Under the pieces are notes generated by a model, which saw nothing but the letters and a program-made list of their open reading frames with translations, had not been told where the DNA came from and did no database searches. The translations under genes were made by a program, and so were the position numbers. A stretch of 62,629 nt of DNA, filler included, from Rhabdomonas costata (Eukaryota): NCBI GenBank assembly GCA_019059605.1. It is 26 parts of 26 records of this genome, joined end to end, with 100 filler letters (N's around TTAATTAATTAA, not from the genome) between each part and the next. Parts side by side here need not be neighbours in the genome. Positions count along the whole stretch, not along the records: positions 38,629 to 40,939 come from JAHMHO010004113.1; positions 41,040 to 43,350 come from JAHMHO010004114.1; positions 43,451 to 45,760 come from JAHMHO010004115.1; positions 45,861 to 48,170 come from JAHMHO010004116.1; positions 48,271 to 50,580 come from JAHMHO010004117.1; positions 50,681 to 52,992 come from JAHMHO010004118.1; 20 more parts are not named here. One strand, written 5' to 3'. Shown here in pieces: positions 39,400 through 51,705 of this stretch (within the stretch, counting starts at the first letter, position 1; each line of letters begins with the position of its first letter).

Positions 39400-40939
39400 G
39401 AGGCATTCGAGGCACAGAGAATGCTGACGTCATACAAGGAGGAGCGCAGCGACGACCAAGTAACGGAAGCATTCGAGAGACAGAGCATGCGCAGTAGTAT
39501 CTTCTTTATTCTACTACTACTGGAGGTAATGAGCGCAGCGACTGACCGACATCTTCTTCTTCTGCGAGCGTACCACCTTGGGGTGGGAAGCGAACATCAC
39601 TAAAGAGGAGGGATGCGACGTACGGAGCATCACGACGTCAGAGTGAAGGAGCGTATGCGCGTAGCGGAGTAGCGACTGAACCACTGCATACAGGGAGCAT
39701 CGAGTGAGCGTAGCAAGTGAGATGCGACCAGCAACATACATAGGGGCCCCATGACATCGACGTAAGGAGATGAATGGGGTATCAGCATTAACATCTTCAT
39801 CTTCTCTCTTCATGACGTCGTGATGTTCGGTCCCTCACATCACTCCTCTCTCTTCTCACTCGTCACTCCCCGACATAAGTCGGTACGTTCCTCGACATCA
39901 CTCAACATCACTCTTCTATACGTGTCTCTTCACGTGCACCCCACCACACTAAGGTGCCTACGTGCATGTTCCGACATGGCGTAGCCACAGTGAAGACATG
40001 AAGAGGTAATAGGTGATGGTGGGAAGGTGAAGGTGTTAGCGTCCCTCATCATCTGTTGGCAGCTGGCATGCATCTTCCACTCCACCACCTGAGAGTGGGC
40101 ATTGCTACTCCATCCTTTTACATTCAGCAACATCTGTCATGGTCGGTCTCGGCACTAAGGATCTTGCCACTGGTGTAGGAGCAGCATCAACACCAGTAGG
40201 TATGCATCATCGATACATCCTCTACGTTGGCACCATCAGCGTAGGATGTAGCTAGAATCACCTCTGCACCGTCATCCTCGGTGGGTTGGCGTGTACTACC
40301 ATCGAGGTTAGCGTACCATCACCACAACCAGTAGCATGCCTAGAGATGACATATCCTACCAGTGGCATTGCACCACATGGCATTACCACCCTCTACCATC
40401 ATGCACCATACCATTTTGTGGTGAGGCATCCTGTGAACTACCACCATGTTGGCTGGATGTGGCTGGGTTGAGCCTTGGACTGACCTTCTAGCTTCCTCCA
40501 GAGTGGTTTACCGGTCATGGCTCCTCAATGCTACCGTACGCCATACTGTTACCATGGGATCGTCCCACTGAAACGCGTATGGTTTCAGCATCACTGCGGT
40601 TTAAACTTCTACTCGCTTACTCTTCCGTTGCCTCTCGTACGTGGTGGCGTCTGGATTCCAGCCTGCCAGTTCCATTCGCATACGAGTGTCGCTTTTCAAC
40701 TAAAGTAGGTACAGAAGGCTAACTTGATCACTTTAGGTCTTTCGCTAGGGGCCAGATATGCAGATGTCGATGGAAATTTCTTCACGACGCGAACCAACTT
40801 GGAGATCCAGAGGGACTTCCGCAGAACCGATACAACCACACAAGCACACTACAGAGACGAACGACACGCAAACCCAACACCTGACCATCTATCCTCCAAC
40901 CACGCACCTCCATCATCCATCCTCCATCCTCACGACCAA
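39400..40939. mobile_element. Degenerate repeat or transposon relic with CpG depletion and a possible decayed CCCH-like knuckle
   Basis: No long ORF and excess CA/TG/TAG/CTA. FRSFARGQICRCRWKFLHD (~40731-40790, +) resembles a decayed CCCH motif. Confidence 0.3.
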
Positions 40940-41413
40940 NNNNNNNNNNNNNNNNNNNNNNNNNNNNNNNNNNNNNNNNNNNNTTAATTAATTAANNNNN
41001 NNNNNNNNNNNNNNNNNNNNNNNNNNNNNNNNNNNNNNNTTTTTTGTGGGTCATCCTGGGAGCTGGATGCGGGCGTGGGCATTGCATGTGTGTTAGAGAT
41101 CGTGCAGGCCGAGTCTGCATAATTCAAAATATGCTCTCCTGAAGTTTCTGAAACTGTGCTTTCAAGTAGGCCGAGATCAAGTATTTCGAAACCAGCCAAA
41201 GCTGAGGAGAAGGTCCTTCTTCTTTGGACTCTGTTACGCATTTTTGTTTTTCAGCATCTCGTCTGCACTTTCTGTGGCCCTTTTTGAAGTGCATTTGAAT
41301 TTTATCGGACGTATATCGACAGCACCTTCGCTCGTGAAAAAAATTCCTAATGCTTAGAGGGCAGTGAGTCGGGCATCATTGGTGTGCAAAGGCTTCCAAC
41401 TCTGGTGCATACC

Positions 41414-42777
41414 ATGACCATGGAGGAGCGTTACGTGGCCAGCCTAGTTCTGGCAGGTGCCGCCCGACGCACTCTCTTCTTTTTTGATTTCCCCAATTGC
41501 GGAAAGCTCTGGAAGCTGGGGGATGTGTCAATAAGTATGTAGTGACTCATCCTTGTGCTACGGTGCCGGGAGACAGTGGCTTACACAACCTCCGTCTGTG
41601 CGCATTACCCACCATGCGCGGGTCGGTTCTTTCTCGCTTCCTCACAGCTGCGGCAGATGCCATTGGGTATCGCAATAGCGACTGGGAGTTCTGTGGCTCG
41701 GGGCCAGCGATTCACGCCCAGCTTCAAGACCTGGGTGGCCTGGAGGTCTGCAGACTGTTTACGTGTGTATGTGTGTGTTCCTCATCTGTCATCTTAGGTT
41801 CAGCCTCTGCTCGAATGTGCGCGTATTCTTTTGGGCACCTTCAAAGTATTTTGCAGGTTTCGAAAACCGAACCGGGCGGTGCGTCTGTGTCCTTTCTTCT
41901 TCTTTCCTCCTACAGAATCTCAGCGTCGAGGGCTGGAGCGTGAGTGATGCCTCAGTGCTGCTTCTTGCCACGGGTGTGTTCCTCCACTGTGGCTGTGCTG
42001 GTGTCTGGCGTGTGTCTTTGCCATTTTGTTCATGCAATTAACAGGGGGGGGGGGCAGACAGGGCGTAATTCAGCATGGTTTTCAGCCCTGGCCACGCCAA
42101 AAAGAATGGAAAAAACTCATCGTGCGCACTTTTAGAAGCCCATCGGGTGGTTGGGTTGTTTTCGTCTCACTCAAGCGCACTCAGGCTATGCCTTCCTGGG
42201 GCGTTGCGCTGCATCAAAACAGAAATGTTCCAGGCTCTTGTGCCCAGAAACATAGGAAAACATACCTGTCCACACGGTTGGTGCCGCGGATACTTTTCCT
42301 TACATACTTAACTCTGAGTTTTGGGAAGTAGCATGTGTATGCAGATGTGTCCGAACATGCTTAGTTTTATTAATTGAGTGCTTGATGTAAGCTCAATCGT
42401 TTCCAACCTGTGCAGGTCGTTTGCTGTGGTACAGGATGCCCCGCCCATCGCAGTGCTCAGTAACCTGAGCTGCTTAAATCTTTGAGGTATGGGTAAGGAG
42501 CGTACCGCGTGACCAGCCCAAACCACAAGAGTATCACTGAGCCCGGCGTTCCGGACACGCAGTGCTGAGAGCCCTTCCCACAATCCCAACTGCAAGTTCC
42601 GGGTATGTTTTTTCTGTACCCGTGTCTTCAGCTGAGGCGTTGGCTCGTGCGGAGGGCGCGCCCTCCCCGGAGAGTTTCCCAGAGCTGATGGCCTCCGTGG
42701 CCTCGAGCTACGTCGCGTGCTGGCCCGAGATGTCGGGCAGGGCGCCGGGCAACACCTGCACCAAAAGCGTGAAATGG
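41414..42777 (+). CDS. ADP-ribosylglycohydrolase family protein, ARH1-like, 5' part; exons 41414-41456, 41648-41745, 41916-41973, 42632-~42777
   Basis: MEERYVASLVLAAAADAIGYRNSDWEF...IHAQLQDLGGLENLSVEGWSVSDASVLLLATAEAL...YVACWPEMSGRAPGNTC is collinear with the ARH1 N-terminus (DALGY...WEF...IH.QL..LGGL...VSDDT...LATAEAL...M.GRAPG). Confidence 0.88.
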
Positions 42778-43450
42778 GTGTGGTTGGGTGTGGCTGAAGG
42801 ACGGAATTCTCCCCCGTACTTTTTGTTTGTTGATGTGTGGCCTGCTGTGACCTCTCTGTTTTTGCACATCCGTTCATGCACCGTCACTGTATGACGCTTT
42901 CGTGTGTTTGGAGAGAGCTTCAGACTCAATCACTGTGAAGCTTGTTTTCCAGAGTTGGGATAGGGGCATTCTCGGGGATTCTCGGGGATTCTCTTTTCTC
43001 TTTCAACACTTCCTTTTTGTTTTTGAAACACCTCCCACCGATCTTTCAGCGTTGGTGTCATGTGAGACCTCTGAGGCGACATAAGGTTGTCCTAGTTACA
43101 TGCCAAGCAAAACAATCCCAGCAGTGCCAGAGAAGTGACTAGTGGGGAACCGTATATTCCAATAAATACCACCTGTGTACGCACCATTCGGTGCGAGGGT
43201 TGGGCGGCCCCCTCCGCTGCTGACCGCCACAGGGATCTCACCCGGAAGCACATCGGGCTGGCTACGGAGATTCTCTTTTCTCAACACTTCCTTTTTGTTT
43301 TTGAAACACCTCCCACCGACCTGTGTTCGGAGGGGGGCCAAGTTCAGCGANNNNNNNNNNNNNNNNNNNNNNNNNNNNNNNNNNNNNNNNNNNNTTAATT
43401 AATTAANNNNNNNNNNNNNNNNNNNNNNNNNNNNNNNNNNNNNNNNNNNN

Positions 43451-45420
43451 GGGGTTGGGGAAAATCGCTTAAATTTGCAATATGTGAATCTGACAAAATA
43501 GAAGATTTATTGAGTCTAAATTACTTTGAAAGAGTGAAATCAACTTTGAATCTGATTGCTTTTCTATATCTGCTACTAAGTCAAGGAGATTTAATGAAAA
43601 ATCACTGTTAGTGGCAATGCTTCCGCGCATTCTTTTATGTATAGAAAATGTCAACTCTGGCCCAGTGAGAACATTATCTCTAGATTTAATAACTGCATTT
43701 TCTACACTTGCCATGCGGTAATGTGTGTGCGTCGCCGCTATAAAACAGTCTTTTTTCTAAGAAATTTTACACGCAGAGTCTCAAACACTTGCGTGAGGCC
43801 TCTTCAGAGGCATGCAAATTGCGTTTGAGCAATTGAGTGGACAAATATAGATTTGAACGTTTTAGGGTCAGTAATTCACCAGCTCAAACCAACCTTTCAC
43901 ACATTGGGTCAATGTTGATTTTTCTGGCAGTATGGGTGCTGCATTGTAAAACAACATTGACTACATTGGAAAGGTGGCACGTATGCTTTGCACAGCAACC
44001 ACAAAAGTGCCCAAATCGGCCCTTTCCATCTAATAAAGCCAAAGTTAGTAGTAAAACTATAGGATTTTGAACCACGAAGACCGTATCACCGTATTTTAGG
44101 CTCAACCCTTTTTTGGGGCCAAAATTGGTGAAAAAGGAAGCAAATTACAATTACAATATGATGAGTCGGGTGGTAGTGACACCAATAAATTACTTGGTGG
44201 TAATCATCGTCCTGTGGATGGTAACATGAGTTCCGATGACGGAGAAGCACAAACATATCAAATTAATGACCATTTTTACTGCGTAATGTGGCTTTTTAAA
44301 ATCGAACGTTGTCAGTGCTTTATTTAAGCCATAACATACACAACATATGTGGGAGAATTGAACATGAATTGAATGGCATTTTATTTTATGGTAGTGTAAA
44401 TATTTAAAATCAAGACTGTGTGTTGTAGTAGTGATAATTTTCTCACAACTGTATTTTTCAAAAACTAAAACAAGTAAAATTTTTTCTTATTATAATCCAC
44501 ATTAATCAAAGGTTCCAAGTGTATTAAAATGAATGCCTTGGTAGCCTTGGTGGGCCCTGCGCAACTAAATTTCCACTATCATTGCAAGCTAACTTAGTGG
44601 GTCACTATCAGGGTAAATTGTTGAGATTGGTTCTGCCAGTTTTGAATACATCAACGACACAAGGAGACATTTTTAACAAAACACATGCTATACTTGTGTG
44701 CGATGACAACGATGAAGAAAGGCCAGTGTCGTGTCACTTTTACTTTGGGTTGCAAAGGCTCATTAGAGTCATGAAATTTAATGTTTATAATTTTTCCGAT
44801 GAAAACCGGAATCTAATGGAGCTGACAACACACTGTATTCGACGCCATGAATATGCGCTTCAATTCTGGACATCAGCAAATATCTGTGGTGTTGTCTCGG
44901 CTTCCAAAAAAACTCACAGGTCTTTATTGCCTCAGTCAAACTTCTGTGATTGTTTGCCATTAAATTTGCCTGAATGTACCATTCCAATCCTTACAAAGTT
45001 CTCAGTATCAAGCAATGTTCCATTGATCAAAATTATCGAGTAGCAAACAGGTGATATTAAACTGAAAATTTCCTTCTAACATCTGTTGCTGCTCCAACGT
45101 CCAAACGACATTTAGTTGGGTGCACAAACGCCTCTTCAGTCTAGCATTGGGCTACCATCCCTCTAGCGTATGAACCCATAGCTCTTGTGGCGTAGATAAT
45201 TTACACGTGTTCTGTAAGTCTCAGGATTCCTTCATACCGTTCATCTATCCATTTTGGAATTATGGATACTGACTCCACCACTTCTGCTTTTGGCAAAGCA
45301 ATCAGTCTTCTACTCAACTCCCGAGTAAGCTTTTTATTTGAAATATGCTGCTGCTCCATGGTTTAAAAGAAAGATACCATTTGAATTAGAAAATTCCATC
45401 GGTGGTTGATGTACTGCGCT
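43451..45420 (-). pseudogene. AT-rich decayed coding sequence of unknown, possibly mobile-element, origin
   Basis: The contig is clearly more AT-rich than the others and has no obvious exon/intron pattern. Minus-strand protein-like runs are broken by stops and frameshifts (MEQQHISNKKLTRELSRRL..., LDNFDQW..., MASVENAVIKS...). Confidence 0.25.
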
Positions 45421-46358
45421 TGAGTTATGTAGATGGGATTTTGCTGACATCAAACTCGTTAACCCACTGATTAAACTCGGTGGTACTGAGCTCACATCTG
45501 TATTACGCTGACTCTGTGGTATCTTCAGGCGGTGTGGTGGTAAAATTTCTGTGCCTCTGTGCCTCTGTGCTCGGGAATTGCGGTTGGGAAGGTCTTAGAA
45601 CAATACAAATCTATGGACCAAGGGGCACGACAACCAAAAAAAGTGGTAGCCAGGTAAGAGGTCTACCAGTATAGTCGGAACTTGGCACGTGGTAGCAGAG
45701 AATTTTTGAGAGGTCAAGAACGCAACTGCCAGTTTGAAACGTGGTAGCGACCCCACAACCNNNNNNNNNNNNNNNNNNNNNNNNNNNNNNNNNNNNNNNN
45801 NNNNTTAATTAATTAANNNNNNNNNNNNNNNNNNNNNNNNNNNNNNNNNNNNNNNNNNNNGCTCGTTTTTTTTTACCGCCGCTTCTCTCACCCCCGTGCA
45901 GCGGAGGATTTACAATGGCACCCACAATGTATTTACAAAAGAACCGGAAACCCGTTTGTGCGGCCATGCCTTGTTGCTCAAATAGCAGAGAGGTTGGTCG
46001 TGCAATTGCCTGCTTTCTTTGGGGCGTTACACGTCTGAATGCTGTATGGAGGCAACTGGTGTTTGCACCGGTTTCTATGAAGGAAAACGGGTCCTTGGAC
46101 CTGGTTCTTCCACCTAATGGATCCAACAGCATTCAGCAACGAAGTCCAAGAGGGGCGGGAGGCGCAGCAAGAGTCCCTTCAGAGCTTGCTCCCCTCTGGT
46201 AGCTCGGCGGCATGGAAGCGAAGAAACGGCTTTGCCTCTGATCCTGCCTTCCCACGTATGTCTTCAGTGAGGAGTGGTGGTTTGCTTTAATGATCTTCGC
46301 TTGGGATGGTCACGACACCACGAACAGTTGATCAATGGTCTCTTGGGGCATTTCAACC

Positions 46359-47430
46359 TCACTGTGGGAGGTTTCTCGGCTTCAGTTGACCTTGGCGGGT
46401 CAAATTTGACCTCTGGGGGAGGTAGAGCTTGGATGCCTTGTTTCCCCGCGCAGGCCGGAAAAGGGCATCAGTCCGATACGCCGAAAGTGATTGAATTTGG
46501 GCCTTCACCACAGACTCGCTCGTCCAGTCCAGCCGCAGCTCCTGGCAATGCGCAGTCCTGCCTGCCCGCTCAAATCCCACGGGTGGCCACACGCAGTGGT
46601 GTTCTCTCCGCAGGGCGACCAGCTCTACATATGCAGCGGAGAGGTGCCCTCCAATCGGCAACCCTTTTCGCTGCCACAGCACCTTTACATCAGCTCCAGC
46701 CTGAACCTCAAAGAGGTCGTCCTGTTCAAGGTCCCACACACAGGCAGCTGCACAGTTGTGATCTCACTGGTGGTTTGAGGACGGGCGCCGCGATGGTCGC
46801 CCACCTTTCCGTCCTTGAAGATTGCGAAGGACAGAAGGAGAGTTTTCTTTTTTTCTGGGCGGGCGCTCGTCTCATCGGGCTTGGAAAAGGACTGCAAGAA
46901 AGAACGCATGTGTGGCAACGCATGTCGGTGGCCCTAATGCGGGCTGTCGTTCTTCCATGCGTTTTTTGTTGCCCCCTCGATCTTGCACTCTTTCCCCCCT
47001 GTTTGTTCTTGTTGCTCCGCTGAGAGAGCTCTGTTCCCGAAGCTTTGTTGTCACCCATCTCTCCACACCGCCCATGCTACTTTTGTTTTTCACTCTGTTC
47101 CCCTTTCGCCCGACAAAAACTGGACAGTGGTTGGATCGGCCGCAGTGCTGCTGGGCGTTGATGAATAAGATCCTGAACTATTTGTTGAACAACAGGTGGC
47201 ACAGTCTCGCAGTGCAAGCACCCCTTTCGGATAGTTGTGGTAGTTCTAGAGAGTTGCGGGTGCGCTGGCTGTGCTGCACCGCACGCATCCACCACTGATT
47301 CCCCACGTGTGTTCAGGAAGCAGTCGTCCAGGTCATGCAACTCAGCCCCATCCCTGGTAGGGCATACTCGCTTCAGCCGCTCTGTACTGCCTGCAATGCA
47401 GCTGCCACATGGATTCTGCCAGCCATGATA
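46359..47430 (-). mobile_element. Penelope-like reverse transcriptase pseudogene (frameshifted, internally deleted)
   Basis: Motif A-like HDLDDCFLNT (~47337-47308) and motif B' WQRKGLPIGGHLSAAYVELVAL (~46676-46611; compare PLE Q..GLPMGS.LS). The segments are in different frames and no YxDD/RYxD motif follows. Confidence 0.65.
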
Positions 47431-48383
47431 CTTGTAAAAACCCTGTCTTTTCGGTTCTTTTGTTCCTTTCTATATCTTTTCCCCCTGCATTGCTTTGAAG
47501 GATGATGTTTGATGAAAGATTCAATGCACAGCCATATATTTTGGACCCACTCACAACACGTCTCGTGCCGAGAACAGATAGAAACCTTCTCTTTTTCGAT
47601 CATCATATTCACCGCTATAGTTTGCTGATCTGCAGTCAAAGTCCCACAACCCGGACATCACTCAGCTGCTGAGAGTGCGTCTCTGAGTCAGAGAAACGGA
47701 GGGCACAGAATCCTATTTTACAGCGTGTGAAGTGATTGTTTGGACTGTTTGCAAATCCTTGCATTTTGTCCCATTCATATTTTTCTTGCATTTCTTCTTA
47801 TAATTTTTTTTGTTTTTTTCTGCCCTTCACTTCAACGCTTCAAGACGCTTCAAGCTCTGCACTTTTTCCTTATATTCTAGCAATTCGATATAAAATCATC
47901 AGAAATTAAAGCTACAGACCAAGAAGGAAAGCATTTTCATCCGTGGCTTCGGATAGGTTTGAGCTGTCAGGTGCTTGTCAGACCACAATGCACCATCAGG
48001 AAGGAGGTCCTTACACTTGGCCAGAATTCCCCCACGCGATTAAGCTCCCTCTTGCATTCCACAAGAAGGGCATAATGCATCTTGGGACCCGCAACCTCCA
48101 CGCGCAAAGAAAGACTCAGCCGAAATGCCCCTCGTTGGCAGTGAAGCAGGGATAGGTTCCCAACCACCCCNNNNNNNNNNNNNNNNNNNNNNNNNNNNNN
48201 NNNNNNNNNNNNNNTTAATTAATTAANNNNNNNNNNNNNNNNNNNNNNNNNNNNNNNNNNNNNNNNNNNNACAGTCTGAGGCCTGGTGAGGTGCAGCTAG
48301 GTGGGCGCCTGGTATTGAGAGGAAGTTGGATGCACCTACCACCAAAAGCTGCTGTCTCTGTTTTACCCTGTCTCGCTCCTCAG

Positions 48384-50083
48384 CAAGCAGACCCTCGCTC
48401 GGCTGGCTGTGGAGCGGTGGTGGGACCACTGCGAAAGGGACCCCAACGACGAGATGTCCGAGAAGATGTACAAACTGTTGTGCCAGGAGCTGCTGAAAGT
48501 TCTGATGGCGGGGCTTCCCAAAGCTGATGCCCAGAAAATTATTCACCAGGACTGGCTCGCCGACAGCAAAGGGCAGCGGACCCTGACAAAGGTTTCGAAG
48601 CTCTTTTTCTGAAACCGTTGAAGGGTTTTTTGTCTTTTGCCCCATTGCATTTTCCCAGTTCTCCCGGGCTTTGCATTGGGCTGTCGCAAATCACTCAGTT
48701 CATTTGCTCCCAACTTGTGTCTTTTTGTCTTTTTTTTCAGGAGATGTTCTTTGACGCGATATTCGATCTGGCAGTATGCTTTTTTTGTGTGTGTTTTCCA
48801 GTCTGGGGGAAAAATTGGAATTTCCACCCGCTTTGTAAGAATGCCTTTGTCCCTTTTCGTTATGGTATGCCTTTGTCCCTTTTAGTTATGGTATATTCCC
48901 GCACATTCTATGTCGATTCTTTCAGGATGTCTGGTGCGAGAGCGATGTGCTGTTCGAGTACGTTGACTTTCTTGACACGTGCTACGAGGCGGTTTTCCCT
49001 GGAAATGGTGGTGTGATGTACGTATCCTCTCCCGAAGTCCGGCGAAAAGCTCTCGTGGATGCTGCCCGGCGTGCGGCCCGGCTTGAGCAGGCTCGCGCAG
49101 AAGCCTTAGCCGAGAAGCAGGCTGACGACGCCGCTGTGGCCCATGCCGATCTTATCGATGAAATCGTTGGCGGGCTTGGTCCAGAAGGAGACAGCGATGA
49201 CGAGACAGTTGAGACAGTTGACACGGGGAGAAAGGCCGGGGGTGAAGAACGTGGCAAGCGTATGTCCGTAGACACGAAAATGGAGCCTAGTGGGGAGCCT
49301 TCTTCGACCCCGAAGGTTCTAAAGTCGGCTTTAAAATCAAAGGTAAAGGTTACCGCGCCTGAGCCTGCCAAGGAAGCGAGTTTTGAAGAATATGGTTCTG
49401 CTTCCTCTTTCATTTCTGACGACGCCATTGCAGAAGCCCTGGCCGCGGCCTTAGCCGCGATTCCGGAAGGAGAAGATTCCACTCCGGCTCATTCCGAGGA
49501 AAAATCAGCTTCGGGTGAAACTGAAGACACAGCTGCCGCAGCTGAAGGGAAAATTTCAAGATCCCTTTCTCTCGGTGGTGAATGGGATGTAATGGAGCCG
49601 CTTCCAGCGACAACTACAGCCACGACTACGGAACCCTCACCTGGGGCGGAAGGTACCTCCTCACGTCTGGGGACCGCTTCGTCTTCTCCAGGCGTTACTC
49701 CTCCAGATGGACGCACTCGAGATACTCCAGAGACCCCTGAGCCCCGGGGCAAGCAGCCCTCCCCTTTGCAAGAAATCTCTGATAACAGCTTCAGCTTGAC
49801 CGTGGGCGAAGGGCAGAAGTTCGCAGCTGGAAATACCGCCTCAAGCGATGTGCTGCAATTCTTTAACTCCACTCACTCCCCAACAAATGCCGCGAAAGCA
49901 GCTGCAGGGAACTGGAGTCCGACGGCTGCTTCGGTCCTCTCACAAAGCTCGTGGTCAACGTTCTCGCCCGCAAAGGGCAAGAAACTAAAGAAGAAGAAAA
50001 AGGAGGGAAAGGGGGGGGGGAGGAAAAACGGTCACAAAAAAATCATACCCCGTCTCCGCTTACGAGCACCTCCGGTGCCCTGA
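48384..50083 (+). CDS. EF-hand-like domain protein with a long low-complexity C-terminal region; exons 48384-48591, 48741-48773, 48926-~50083
   Basis: VERWWD...MSEKMYKLLCQELLKVL...IHQDWLADSKGQRTLTK-EMFFDAIFDLA-DVWCESDVLFEYVDFLDTCYEAVF, joined by in-phase GT-AG introns. The 3' end is uncertain because of a poly-G run at ~50011-50020. Confidence 0.6.
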
Positions 50084-50691
50084 ATCCGGACAGCCCACAG
50101 TCCTTTGACGCCCTCGAGGCTCTGCGTGGTGATCACATGGGGCCTCACCCCGCGCTGTGGGTGTTGTTGCAAAAGACACATTGGAGCAATAATAGGGGAA
50201 ACGAGCGGAAAGAAAAAGAATTCAGCGCCAACAGCAAAACAAAAAACTTTCGGCGGCCTTGAAGACACCGAGGCAGATTCCTCATGAATCCCTCATAATG
50301 CTGGCATAATGGTTCCAAGCACTTAGCCTGGACAAGGGCGGTCCTAATTGCTCTTGGTGCCGTTTCTTCCAAAGCAAGCGCACACCTGAAGAACATTGAG
50401 GGAGCCTGAAAAGCTGCAGCCCGAACAAGTCACCAGGTCCAGGGTCTGCAGCTTCTCCGAATAACTCCGTGCCATTCTGTGAAACCCCACGCGAAAACAA
50501 TGATACTACACCGTGCCGCAAGGCATTGACACGCTTCTGAATAGAATTTAATGTGCGCAACCTAGACACACACATGTTCANNNNNNNNNNNNNNNNNNNN
50601 NNNNNNNNNNNNNNNNNNNNNNNNTTAATTAATTAANNNNNNNNNNNNNNNNNNNNNNNNNNNNNNNNNNNNNNNNNNNNTGTGGTGGGGT

Positions 50692-50934
50692 GAGGAAGAG
50701 CCCAACCCCACCGAGTTCTTCCTCCCGTTGGTCTGGGGCCTTGCCGTGGGCTACCTCAGCCATGAGCCCACAAAGAGGCTGTGGGCGGGAAAGCCTATCC
50801 CACCACTACTTCGAGGAGAGATGGGGGAGGACATGGACGAGCAGATTTTGGCCCCGACGCCAACTCAGCAGACCGGGGGCAAGGGGTACAGCAGTGGCTC
50901 GGCGGGGGTGGTGGACCCGGACGACTTGGCTTAG
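50692..50934 (+). CDS. DYM: Dymeclin-family protein, final exon
   Basis: EEEPNPTEFFLPLVWGLAV matches the dymeclin C-terminal motif EEExPEEFFxPYVWxLV and is followed by a stop codon. Confidence 0.65.
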   Translation, partial: EEEPNPTEFFLPLVWGLAVGYLSHEPTKRLWAGKPIPPLLRGEMGEDMDEQILAPTPTQQTGGKGYSSGSAGVVDPDDLA

Positions 50935-51705
50935 CATTGGCATTTGCTTGCGAGCCTGTTCACGCTGCGCTGTGAATTCTTGATTGGGGCGTTTCTTTTT
51001 CTTATTTGCCTATGTCGTGGTAAGGCCCAAAGGACTCAGTGAAACCTTGCCTGTGGTATACAGTGGTATGGCGACGGCGATTCCATTGATCTGATTCCTC
51101 CTTGGTGGGGGAATAGACCCAAAGGACACAATGATGTCCATCCTGCACCGATGCCTTTAGGTATTCCAAAATTTTCTGCTCTGGTTTGGAAAGCATGTGC
51201 CACCGCAGTGAAATGCCATGAATGGAGCTGGGAGTGGATGTGCAATTGGTGGTTGGCGGTCCCTTCCCTGGATTCCAGGTGTGGTGGGTTTTCCCTTCTC
51301 CTTTGTTTATATGAGATTCATTCCGTTTTTGTTGCTGCCCCAATGTAGGTTTTTATATTCTTGTTTCGTTTGCGGTTTTTCTTTCTGAGTGATGGCGTTT
51401 TCTTCAAGTGGCTTTTCGGTCTCTGTTCTCGGTCCTCGGTTTGCTCCATCTTTGCGGTATGGAGCGCATCGACCCCACACATACACAAACACACACACAC
51501 GGGTAGCTTTGTTGTATCACAAAGCTTCTTTTGGAATCCCAGAGGGTGATTTTAACCTTTAAACCCTTCAAACTCTTTCGGAAAACCAGTCGGCACGTTG
51601 ACGTGGGTGTCCGCTTCACCTCGCCTGCTTCCGGGGCGGGGGTCACAGTGAAAATGAAGTACTCTGCGTCCCGCTTGGGCAAGTTTCTGAGGAGTGAGCC
51701 TTGGA

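Noticed and set aside
51381..51391. CTTTCTGAGTG resembling the start of the Euglena spliced leader
   Set aside because: Only 11 nt match. The rest of the leader and the GT donor are absent.
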